A model generated the notes under the pieces. It saw nothing but the letters and a program-made list of their open reading frames with translations. It was not told the DNA's origin and made no database searches. From positions 1,054,001 to 1,118,000 of the forward strand of contig NW_027191408.1 of assembly GCF_041146345.1 (NCBI RefSeq): a stretch of DNA of 64,000 nt. Direction: 5' to 3'. The translations under genes were made by a program, and so were the position numbers. Below are positions 47,652 to 59,800 of this stretch, one piece after another (the first letter of the stretch is position 1; each line of letters opens with the position of its first letter). The DNA is from Neodothiora populina (taxonomy: Eukaryota).

Positions 47652-49709
47652 AATTCTGGCTTTTCTTGTTGTCTTTGCGATGATGGGAGGGAGTAGATGC
47701 TTCGATCGGCACAGAATGGTGTAGTTGCTTGCAGGGGCTTTTATATCGAACACACAATTCCCACGAGAGCGGTAGCGGAAAACAAAGCGAAGCGGAGCAT
47801 GCCAACTATATTCTCATGCCGGTGCTATAAGGTGATGATGAACATATAACCACGGTATACCAGCAGCGACAGCAGTAGCAGCAGCGAAGCAATCAATGCA
47901 AAAGCAAACAGCCCAGCCAGCAAAGAACAGCGGAACCAACAAACAATTCATACCGACCCAGTCAAGTCAGTCAGCGGCTCAGGCCAAGTCATCCGTCCCT
48001 CATCACGAACAACCCAAAAGCCCGGCCCCAATCAGGATCCGCCGGCCCCTTTCGACACGAAAAGCTGAATTCGACGCAACGACCCAGTGTCCTCGCATGC
48101 CGAAGAGAGAAGCAACAGCAGAATAAAAATGGAAGAAAAAGGGCGTGGCGTCAGTGGCGAGTCCCGAACCATGATAGGTAACACGTTTTGAGTGGCACAA
48201 ACACACACACGCAGCGCAAAGGCTGCTTTTTGTGTTTTTGAGGGTTCCTGGGATCATGCGATGAGATTGGCACAGCGTATGAGTTCCGGGAAGGGGCAGG
48301 AATAGACCAGGTGGGCGTGGCGCGGTGTGTATGTGACATGAGATTCGGAGGCACGTCTGTTGGTATTCGTTTGCAGCCTGCCCAATCACATCGTGAAGCG
48401 ATTGTGTCGTTGTGCCATTCGTGCGAATTCGATTTATTTTACCTTCCTCTCTTCCTGCTCGCTACGTGAAGCTGTACCACGTGTATCACGCTTGCAAGGA
48501 AACCACCATTGAACTTCCCGGCATTACAATCGCAGGAAGTCATATCGAGAAAGGATGGAAACAGCTTTCCAATAGTCAAGATACCGCCAACCCCAAATCC
48601 CCCATGCCGGCACAAGGAAACAAAAGCCCAATCACACGCCTACGGGTCAAGCCCCTCCCCTGCCCGCAAATAGTTTGCTATCCGATCCCAAGCCAACCAT
48701 TCGCAAGACCATGCACAGAAAACAAGTCAAACCAGGGAAACAAGTGCATCGCGCGTGAAAACACCCCTTGTGCAGCAGACAGCCACGATGCACGCAGACA
48801 GCCACGACACAACCAGCACAAGTACCCACAGCAGCAGCAGTGATACCACCCCATAACTACTTAACCTCAGACCAAATCTCCTGCAGGGCACGCCATGTCA
48901 GGTACGAAGTCTGCAAGTGGTCAGGCCTGTGCTATTACTTTTGGCGCCCGAAGCGCCGGGTTTGATTTGGGCTTCTTTAGGCTTTATCATGGGTTCGACT
49001 ATTGGGGGGGCAAGATTATGCATGTTTACAGAACAGGACAAAAGTGTCTACTGAATAGACTCGTGATACAGAGTAATGCTACAGAGCAGCAGTATCAGGT
49101 CCACATTTTATTGCTCCCTTCATGTGATGCACGGGACCTCATGTCTGCTTTTGACATATTGTGCCTTGTCTGCTTCATATATATTGGTATAGTATCAATA
49201 TGCGGATAGCTCATGCAGATGGAAGTGCTGGACTGTATGTACCTTGCGGTTCTCGCGTTGTAATGGGTGGTGACGGTTACAGGGAAACTGATCGCAGGCA
49301 TACCTATTCCTCGATGTATCTGTATTGGGTATACTGGCAATTTTGATACGGTGCCGCCTCGCCTGCTAGGAGGCATGGTCACGTACCTCAATACCATTGC
49401 ATAATCGATTCACTTTCTATACTAGCGGTAAGCAGAATCAAGCGGAACAGATGGAAAGAGACAAGGGAATTAAAGAGGAAGCTGATACTCCACGGCCCAT
49501 GCGAGTCATATTTTTCGTTCAGTCCGGTTCTTTTCTTGCTCTTTTTCTTGCTTGTTCAACCCAGGTATTACACACAGAAACACACTCGATCAAAGAGCAG
49601 ATAGAGAGGGAAAAAGTATGGAGGGAAAACCAAAAAATGCACATGCTAATGCCCTTTCGAAATTGTCTCATCTAAGAAAATCGTTTTTTTCCGTTACGGA
49701 ACAGCGAAT

Positions 49710-52251
49710 CTAATCCATCTCATCAGCGGCGTCAGGGGCATCCTTCATCTCGGCGTCGGCTGCTTGCTTCTCGCGCTGAGCCTTGAGCTTGGAGGCAGCC
49801 TCCGATGCGGCGGCAGCTTCCTTCTCCTCGCGCTTGCGGGCCTGCTCGGCCTCGACCTTGGCGAGCACAGCCTGGCGCTCCTCCTCCTGCTTGTCGTTGT
49901 AGCGCTGGACGATAGGGCCGGCAGCCATGCGGATCTCCTCGATCTTGGCAATGTAGATGGCCTTGGTCGTGTCCTCTCCCTCGTCGTAGAGCCAGTCCTG
50001 TGCATCGTCGTTAGAACCATGACATCTCTTTTGATTATGAAGAAAAAACTTACCTCGGAAGCCTCGAGCTTCTCCTTGATCTTAGACTTCTCCTCGTCGC
50101 TGGCGAACTCGGCGTATTGCTCGTCAAGCTTGCTGCGTAATTCGTAGATGTAACCCTCAAGCTCGTTCTTCTTGTCCTCGGTGTCGGCGACGAGCTTGTC
50201 CTCCATGACCATGGCGTTCTCTCTCTCGGCGTACTGAGAGACAACGGAAGGCTCAAGAGAGGCGGTGGCAGAGGACAAAGGAAGGTCACCCTTGCGGACT
50301 TGCTTCTTGACCTTGCGGGTCTTGGGGGGCTCGTTGGAGTCGGTGTCCATCTGTGGGGTAGAAGAATTGTCAGCGATTTCTGGCCTTTTCTGGCGTTTGG
50401 ATTGACGAGGCTGCGACTGGGGACTGTCTGGCTCGCTGTTTCTGTCATGTTTGGGGTTAGCACTCACATCTCCCTCCTTCTTCTCCTCAGGAACGGGCTC
50501 CTCGATCTCCTGGTCCTCGACATAGTAGGCTTGCTCGACGTTAAGGATACCGTGAAGGTTGAGTCTGGCCTTGAGCTTGCAGATCATGAAATCGTCCTTG
50601 CTGTCTGCCGTGACGCCCTTGACGGAGAAGCGACCGATCCAGGGGCTCATCTTGCCGGGCAATAACTCAGGCTTGGCGTACTTGGCCTCGAGATCGAAGG
50701 CCTCCTTGCGGTAGAAGGTGAGGATCTTGGTGCTGGGCATGATGTTGCCTCTGTTGAAAACGGTGAGCGAGGTGTCCTCGTCAGGGATGTCAGGGCTCTT
50801 CTCCCAAGTGAACTCGATGGGGTAGTTGACAATGTCGTGAATGCTGAAGTCACGGACACGAAAGACGGGAGACAAGATGGCGCAGGCGAAAGCGCAACCA
50901 CGGGCAATGGCCTCATCGGCGTTGAGGGTGAAGTTGAGCTGCTTGCCGAAGAAGTCCTGGATGGCGGCCTTCAGGGCAGGCACACGGGAACCACCACCGA
51001 CGACCTCGATGAAGTCAATGTCCTCCTTCTGCAGCTTGGCCTCAGCGAGGGCCTGCTCGAGGGGGACGGTGGCGCGAGCGAGGAGAGGCTTCATCAGCTC
51101 CTCCAACTCTTCTCTCTTGAGGAATCCACGCACGTCGACATCGTTCATCAGGGACTCGATGTTGATAGGTGCACCAGCGTTGGCGGAAAGAACCTTCTTG
51201 AGCTTCTCGCAGGCGGCAGAGACACGGAGTCTGGCCTTGAGGTTGCTGTTGATGTCAACCTTGAACTTCTCCTTGAACTCGGCGGCGAAGTGGTCAACGA
51301 TGGCCTTGTCGAAGTTGCGGCCACCGAAATGTCTGTCGTAGGCGGTAGAGACGACCTTGAGCTCACCCTTCTTGAACTCGACGATGGAGCAGGTGTAGTT
51401 GGAGTGGCCGATGTCGACAAAGGCGACTCTTCGGGGCTTCTCCTCGGGGGCGGGGAGGTCGAGCTTTGTGATGCCGTAACCGAGAGCGGTGGCAGTGGTC
51501 TCGTTGATGAGGCGGAGAATCTTGAGGCCGGCAATCTCAGCAGCGTCGAGGATGGATCGTCTCTGAGTGTCGGTGTACCAGGCAGGCACGGAGATGACCA
51601 TGTCGTTCACGGGAAGCTTGAGCTCGGCGGATGCGGTGGCCTTGGTCTTCTGGAGGAACATGGCAGTGAGTTGAGTGGCAGTGAACTGCTCCTTCTTGCC
51701 CATGTATGAAACCTCAGCTCCGACCTGGCCGTTGATGTCGACGAGCGGCGCCGAGACGTACTCTTGCTCAATGGCGACATCGGGGTCCTTCAGCGATCGA
51801 CCGGCGAGACGGGAGAGGGAGGCGACGGTGTTCTTGAGGTTTGAGACTTCCTGCGTCTTTGCGTTCTCACCGAGATATCTAGACTTGGGTCCGAATCCCA
51901 CGAGAGAAGGAGTGGCGCGGTTGGAAACCTCGTTGGTGATGACATCTACACCACGGTTTCTGGCAACAGCCTGTTTGGGAAGAAAATGTCAGTCGAATGG
52001 GCAACAGCGTGTGTTTGTTACATGACACATAGAGGAAGGAAGCGACTGAGAGAAGGGTGGGAAGGAAGGAGGGGCATTATTAGGCAAGAGCGAGATGGGT
52101 TGGTGGGGTTGGGTTGGGCTTACAATGACTGCATTTTGCGTTCCGAAGTCGAGACCGACGACACTGTAGAGAAAAAAAAAACCAGTCAGTATGACAATCT
52201 CATGGTGATCAGACGAGCAATGTATCTTGGGTCAGGATAGACATACGACAT
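49710..52251 (-). CDS. SSE1: Hsp110/Hsp88 (Sse1) chaperone
   Basis: Spliced MS|VVGLDFG..|AVARNRGVDVITNEVSNRATPS, LINETTATALGYGITK, TLNADEAIARGCA. Strong codon bias. Confidence 0.95.
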
Positions 52252-52656
52252 CTTCTATGTCCGGGTCTTGGGTTGTGATGTGTGGATAAAGCTCTGTTGT
52301 GTCCTTTGCGGCTTAACGTAGATGAAGTTGCGCGATAGACAACGACTCTTTTTTATTTTATGAATCTCGCAAGACGAGTGCAAAAATCAAGACTTGTTTC
52401 GAGTAAATGACAAATCCGAAGGTTGTGTGGTTGGATAAGTGTCAAGGTAGTGTATTTGGAGGTTAATTGTTTCAACAATAAATCTTCACAGACCAGCAAG
52501 AAAATAGGAATGATGCGCCGAACTTTCAAACTCTAGGCTGGCTTCGTCACGGATTCTGCTTCTGCGTGTGTTGGTTGAGCTGCCGACCTTTGAAATTTTG
52601 CCCTCTTTCCTCTTTGTCTGGCAAGGGTGACGCCAAAACCCCCCTCGATCGGCGGT

Positions 52657-52686
52657 CGAGCCTCCGAGAAGGTTCGAGCTGCTTCG
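52657..52686. promoter_or_regulatory. Imperfect heat-shock element upstream of Hsp88
   Basis: Phased 5-bp units cGAGc cTCCg aGAAg gTTCg aGCTg cTTCg, with CCCCT (STRE) at about 52641. Confidence 0.5.
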
Positions 52687-53592
52687 TTTGTGCCAAGCTT
52701 GACCGTGAAGAGACAAGGCACTGGATGCAGAAGTACAGCAGCAGTAAATCTACCTAAGGTACCTACAGCGCCTCACCTTGCAGTCAGGTCATACATACGC
52801 ACTCTACCTAGTCACACAAGGGTGAGTACAAACACGGCAGAGAGACATGTATCAATGTTTGGACATGGTCTGGCTGTTTGCGTATAGACAAACTACAATT
52901 GAGTGTGAAAGAACAGGTAGCTAGGTACTTCTTGTTTTTTCAAGAATACGTGTAGGTAAAGTACTTTGCTTTCTACCTTACCTTAGGATTGACGAAATGA
53001 GCTATGTCTTGCCATTGGCACGTTCTGGAAATATCCAGCTATAATATCCAAGCGCAGTGAAACGTTTAGGGAGCTCATGTTCAAGCCAGGCACGATGCCC
53101 GGGCCGAAGCAAGCCTGCCAGGTGAGGCACCTTAGGTACGGCAGGAAGTCAGCAGTATAGGTGCAGTCGATCTTCTCCACAACGAGAGAAAGAGCAGAGC
53201 AGAGCAGACCGCGACACACATAGCTCACTTTCCTAAGGCACACATAGTACGGAAACGACACAATTGAGAGAGGAAATTTTAGATGACTTTAGAAGACGAA
53301 ACCTGTACACTCCATTTGAGGCAACCCCGCGTGATATCTTAACTTTCTTACCCGCGTACCGCTTTGAAAAGATGATGCAACACCACTTCCACCGGACCAC
53401 CGCTCCAATGGCGCCTCTGCTTACCGTGGTAACGTTGCTGGCTACTCCTGATGTCATGTCCCTTCATTAGAGACATCGCAAGACCTTGAACCACCACGGA
53501 TCAGAGACGCAACTTTCCTCGACCACCCTTCGTGTTCGCCCATAGGCTGGCTGCTATTGATACATGTCTGTTCTATGACTATTTTGTAAACT

Positions 53593-55293
53593 TTAAAGCA
53601 TGAGGTTGAGAGGGTTCTCGATGGCAGCCTTGAGCTCCTTCATGAACTCTCCACCAACGGCACCGTCAACGACCTTGTGGTCGAATGAGCCAGTGAGGAC
53701 AATCTGCTCGTCCCACTCGACACCGGTGGTGCCATCCTCGTTCTCGGCGGGAATGGCAACCTTCTTGACAGCACCGACGGCGAGAATGGTGGCCTGAGGG
53801 GGGTTGATGACAGCAGTGAAGCGGTCGATTGCGGGGTTCATGCCCATGTTGGAGATGGTGATGGTGCCGCCCTGGTACTCCTCGGGCTTGAGCTTGCCGT
53901 CACGAGCGCGCTTGCCGAGCTCCTTGATCTGAGCGCTGATGGACTCGAGACCGGCGCCGTTGACGTTCTTGACGATGGGGGTCATGAGACCGACGGGGGT
54001 GGCGACGGCGACAGAGACGTCGACGACGTTGTTCTGGCGGATGACAACATCACCGCCCTGCTCGCGCCAGGATGAGTTGGCGGCAGGGACCTTGCGGGCA
54101 GCGACTGCGAGAGCCTTGATGAGGAAGTCGTTGACCGAGAGCTTGTACTTGCCGTCCGCTGAGGCGTTGAGAGCGGCGCGGAGCTTGAGGAGCTTGGAGA
54201 CGGAGACGGAAGAGGCGACAAAGTAGTGAGGGTTCTGGTTCATCGACTCGGTCAGGCGCTTGGCGATGGTCTTGCGCATGGAAGAAGCGGGAGTGTCCTC
54301 GTAGGTGGGAGCACCAGCGGCAGCGCCGGAGGCGGCGGGAGCGGCGACCTTGAACTTCTCGACATCCTCCTTGGTGACGAGACCTGCACGGCCAGTGCCC
54401 TTGACCTGGGCGATCGGCACACCCTTCTCGAGAGCGAGCTGCTTAGCGGCAGGGCTGATCTTGGGAGCACGCTCAAGGGCGGTCTGGAGACGCTCGCCAG
54501 TGGATTCGGGCTCGGCGGACCTGGGGGCCTCAGAAGTCTGAGCGGGGGCGGGAGCGGTTCCGGTCTCGTTGGAGGGAGGCTCAGAGGCGTTGGCGGCTTC
54601 CTGACCAGAGGTCTCCTTGGCCGCATCCTTGTTGCCGCCGGCATCCTCGATGGAGAAGTCGGCGAAAGCGGAGATGTCGGTCCCCTCCTCTACCATGACA
54701 CCGATGGGCTGTGCGGAGAAACAAAAGTCAACAATTGGTGTTCGGGCGTGTACAGAGGGCGGACAAGAAGGCTTTTCTTACGTTTCCGACGGCGACGTCC
54801 TTGGCGCCAGCATCCCTCAAGATCTTTGCGAGAACACCATCCTCCTGGTACTCAAAGTCCATCTGGGCCTTGTCGGTCTCGATCTCAACAAGAACATCAC
54901 CGGGCGAGAGAGTGTCGCCGGGCTGCTTCTGCCAGGTGCCGACATTTCCTTGGGTCATGGTGGGCGAGAGGGCAGGCATGGTGACGACGGTGTGGGGAGG
55001 GAATGCTGTCGAGCGCGTGTCAGAGGCATATTTTGCAAAAAAATGGAAGGTGAAAGACAATCAATGGATGAGAGATTGGTGAGACAACAAACATTTGGAT
55101 GCATAGTATCTAGCAAGAGCGGAGAGAGCGGATGTTCTTCTGCAGAGCAAGAAACAGAATTAGTCTCGAGGTCCGGTCAACAGCAGCAGTGATTGTCGAC
55201 GTACGCGACCGACTCTCTGGCACGGAAAGAGGCGAGGGCACCCCGGGAGGCTATCCTGGAGGAAGCGCGGGAGAAAACAGCCGCGGCGGACAT
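53593..55293 (-). CDS. LAT1: Pyruvate dehydrogenase E2, dihydrolipoamide acetyltransferase
   Basis: Mitochondrial presequence [17 protein letters not shown], lipoyl motif [11 protein letters not shown], peripheral-subunit-binding ISPAAK..GTG, catalytic FDHKVVDG. Confidence 0.95.
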
Positions 55294-56619
55294 TGTGGTG
55301 TTTTGAAGCTCGACCGAGCGGAGGAACGACAAGAGAAAAAGAGTCTGGGAGGAGAGACTCGCGCAAAGGGTAGTCAAGTAATGGCACGAGGGCCAAGACA
55401 CAAGAGGAATGCGGCGAGGTGGGAGGGAAGAGGGAAGAGGGTAGAGGGAGGAGGGCAAAAGGATTGAGATGCAAGCCGATGGTGAGAAAGAGAGAGAGTA
55501 ACGAGAAGTTGGAGGAGCTGCGAACGCCTCGATGTTGAATCTCCGGCCGACTTCCTCAGAGAATGCACTTGACGGTGTTGGGAAGAGGAGCCGTGCCAAG
55601 CGTCTTGCATTCCGATATCAATGCGGGCCGAGAACACCACCTACTGTAAGGTAGTGATGCGCTATACCCGAAACGACATAATGATACGGCCATCCGTGGT
55701 GCGCCTCGCTGACGCCCTGGGGAGGGCGGAGTGGGCGAGCAATAAACCGTGTACGTGATTGGTCGGGATGGCGAAATGGGCGCCGAAAACTCTTGCCCGT
55801 CTGAGCATAAACCCTACTGTATCGTCCTAGAGCTTACGGTGGGCAGGGGATTGGACACTTGTGTTCTTTCCCGTCATATTATCATCTACTGCACCTTCTG
55901 TACAGTGCAGTGGTACAAGTAATTATATTCTGAAGTACTGTCATAGACACACAGCTCCGCGCTGGTCAGCAAGATACAGAACTGCACTCCACTTGTCAGC
56001 CACTGTGGTCCGCAAGACCCCTCCGGCAGGGTGGCACCCTCGACCCGAGCACTCTACAGCAGACAGAGCTAGGGAACGGCGGTACTCGTTTTCAAGCACC
56101 GGTGGTCCCCACCTAAACAAACCCTTGCCAATGGCTTTGGCTTTGGCTTTGGCTTTGGACACTCCGGATGGCTGCCTTGCCGGTCCTGGGGGCTTCCTTG
56201 CGCCGTTGGTTATCAGGCAGGCAGGTCTGTCAAGCAGTTATTGAGGTCTACGGGTAAATCATACTTTGGTGTACTGTACAGTAGCACAGCTGGCAGTAGT
56301 AGTACTGTACTGTAGTGATTAGTGGCTCCTTACCCGTACTGCGCAGCACGCTATCCACCCTTGATTCAGCAGCATTCTGTTATTATTGTCATTGTCACTG
56401 CAATCTGCAATCGTACCTTAGCCATTATTATACAATACCGCAAAGTACGGTACGAGACGGCAATTCGCCCATAGTCCTTCAGCACAACAAAAACAATACA
56501 GTGTTCCTGTACAACGCAGCATACCTGCAGCTGCAATCTGTCTCAACTCCCGCAAATAATTAACAATAATAACGATATCAACTGGAACATCCGGAACTTC
56601 AACCAGCATCATTATTCAA

Positions 56620-56687
56620 CATCATCATCATCATCATCATCATCATCACATCAGTCTGCACATCTGCACATCTGCACATCTGTACAC
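56620..56687. repeat. (CAT)n followed by (CACATCTG)n tandem repeats upstream of SEC7
   Basis: Directly visible. Confidence 0.85.
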
Positions 56688-56819
56688 AAAACGCATCCCT
56701 GAAAAGAACCCCTCCGGATATCTATCTCCCGGACCGTAAGGGAAGGCCCCCCCAATTGCTGTGCACACCCTCCGCTCTGATGCATAATCGTAATCGTCGT
56801 TGAGTATTCACTTCCAGGC

Positions 56820-59800
56820 ATGGCAGATACGGAGCCGCCGACTCCGCAATATGCGGAAGGACAGGCACAGGCACAGGAAAAAGATGAACACATTGCGACT
56901 TCTCCCGCATCTAATCTGGACATGACGCGTGGGGAGGAGCTTCTGGAAGACGTCCCTCTGGACAACACAGCTGATGCTGGTGTCGATGCTGATGCTGATG
57001 CTGATGCTGAAGCCGAAGCTGATGTCGGTGTCGACTATACCAACGATGCCACTGCCGACACTACCGATACTGCTGATGTCTCTGGTAATGCTGATGCTGC
57101 GACAGCCATTGCGCAGCCAGAAGAGTCCACATCGCCGTCTCTGCAGTCGCCTCCTAACCATGATGACAACCTGGCAACGGCAGCAGCAGCGACGCTAGCT
57201 TCACCGACAAATGCCACTGAAGTAACAAATGCAGCAGGAGAAGTAGTAGTAGAAGGAGAAGCCAGACCGGAGCTTTCATCGAAAGCAGCCCCGACGTCCT
57301 CGATACCCCAAGAAGAAACAAAGGAGGAAAGGAATGAAGCAGCAACACGACCATCGCTGTCGACCAGGCCGACTCCTCCATTCATAGACACGGACAACAT
57401 TGCGCAATCCCCCATCGACACCGCTCCGTCCACAGACGCAGTCGGAAGCGCAGGCGCTACCCCTGGTGCAAATGTGTCTGGAGCGTCACCGCCGCCAACC
57501 TCTGCCTCGACGCCGACCGCGCACTCACGGGCAATCAGCCAGAGCACTCGCCACAGGACAGACTCGCAGTCGACCACGGCCACCAATGCAACCACCCGCT
57601 CTACCACCCGCTCTTCAATGGTCTTTGTCGTGTCCGCTCTGGAGTCAATCGCTGCCTCGAAAGATGCTAGGAAGAACAAGCGGCTGGGCGAGTCCACCCA
57701 GCGCGCCCTGAGCGCCATCAAGAGCCAAGGAGATCCGACCCAGACCAACCCGGAAATCCTCTTCGAACCGCTGCAGCTCGCCACCGAGGCAAACACGGTC
57801 GCTGTTGTCGTCACTGCCCTCGACTGCATTGGCAAGCTGATCAGCTACTCCTACTTCTCCATTCCTGTCGAGCAAGCTGTGCCTGGCAAGAAACAGCCCA
57901 TCCCTCTCATAGAAAGAGCCATCGACACGATATGCGACTGTTTCCAGGGAGAGGCTACCCCGAACGAGGTGCAGATGCAGATCATCAAGTCGTTGCTGGC
58001 CGCCATCCTCAACGACAAGATCGTCGTACACGGCGCCGGTCTGCTGAAGAGCGTCAGACAGACATACAACATCTTCCTGCTCTCAAAGTCCAGCGCCAAC
58101 CAGCACATCGCCCAGGGCACTCTCACCCAGATGGTCGGTACCGTCTTCGAGAGAGTAAAGACTCGCCTGGCCCAGCGTGACGCACGCGCAAATTCATCTG
58201 CATCTTCCTTTGCACATGGTGGCATCCCTGTCTCCACAGACACTCCGGTGAATGGTAGCGATACGCCCACCGAGGACGAGGCCGCCCGCGCAGAGGGTCA
58301 CGATGAGCAGGAGGAAGACGTCGACACCACTCGCATGACTCTGCAGACGTTTGAGACCAAGAAGAGTTTTGATGATGCCCGCATTGCTGATAATGCACCC
58401 ACCATGGTCACACATGTCAAGAAGCCGAGACCTGCGCCACGCCATGCGTCTGCGAGTGACACCCCTGCCATCACAGTGAACCCCGATGGCCTCGACATCA
58501 CCGAAGAAGACGAAGAGGACGAGATCTTCATCAAGGACGCCTTCCTGGTCTTCCGTGCCATGTGCAAATTGAGCACCAAAGCTCTGCGTGTCGAGGAAGC
58601 GGTCGATATCAAATCCCAGGGCATGCGTTCCAAGCTCTTGTCACTGCATATCATACACAACCTACTTTACAATCACCCCATTGTCTTCACATCACCGCAC
58701 TCCACAATCCGCAACAGCAGCAACAACGAGCCCACCAACTTCACAAATGCTATCAAACAATATCTCTGTCTGAGTCTCAGCAGGAACGGCGCTAGCTCGG
58801 TGAACCGAGTCTTCGAAGTCTGCGCCGAGATCTTCTTCTTGATGATCCGCAATTTGCGCATATTGCTGAAGAAGGAGGTCGAAGTCTTTCTCAAGGAAAT
58901 CTATCTCACAATCCTCCACAAGCAGGCCGCCCCTGCATTCCAAAAGCAATACATAATCGTCATTTTCACGAGATTAGCCGCCGACCCCAAGGCACTGGTC
59001 GAACTCTACCTCAACTACGACTGCGACCGAAGTGCAATCGACAACATGTACCAACGCATCATAGAGCATCTGTCCCGGCTCGCCAGTACGCCTGTGCCCA
59101 TCACTTCAGAGCAGGAAATGCGCTATCACGAGTACCACGCTAAGCATGGCAATGCCGTCTCAGACTGGCAGAACCAGAGCGTAATTCCTCCGTCCTTGTC
59201 CTCAGCCACCATTCACAGCACGCCGGAAAGCAGTAACCAAGACATCCCGCTGGATTTCTCCATCAAGCAACAGGCTCTGGAATGTCTTGTCGAGACACTG
59301 CGCTCAATGGTCAACTGGTCACAGCAGGGTATGACCTTGGCCCCACTCAGTCACAATGGCGATTCCCGCCTGTCTCTTGACGATTCAAGGGAGTCTATGG
59401 ACGTGCGAGAGCCTGGTGCAGTTGCTGTCTCGCCTATTGTTGGAGGAAAAGAAGATGGCGGTTCTGTAACGCCTATCGCAGAGGATGATCCGGCCGAGCT
59501 CGAGCGAATCAAGCACCGCAAGACTGCTCTGAACAATGCCATACGACAATTCAACTTCAAGCCCAAGAGAGGTATCAAGGTGCTCCTCGACGGTAACTTC
59601 ATTGCATCGAAATCCCCCACCGATATTGCTGCTTTTCTTCTCTCGAATGATAGACTGGATAAGAAAGCCCTGGGAGAGTATCTTGGTGAGGGTGATCAGG
59701 AGAACATCGCCATCATGCATGCTTTCGTCGATCTAATGGACTTCACCAAGACTCGTTTCGTCGAGGCTCTCAGACGCTTTTTGCAAAGCTTCCGTCTCCC

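Noticed and set aside
47896..49675. Multiple short ORFs and a GGTTCGA at about 48992
   Set aside because: No coding signature, and no tRNA cloverleaf around the T-loop-like word.
50837..51709. 290-aa + strand ORF (similarly 31299-32015 and 54226-54984)
   Set aside because: Antisense to highly codon-biased genes (Hsp88, LHP1, LAT1), a well-known artefact.
53233..53560. Short ORFs and GTAAG donor-like sites downstream of LAT1
   Set aside because: No convincing branch/acceptor set or recognisable protein or RNA motif; probably 3' UTR.
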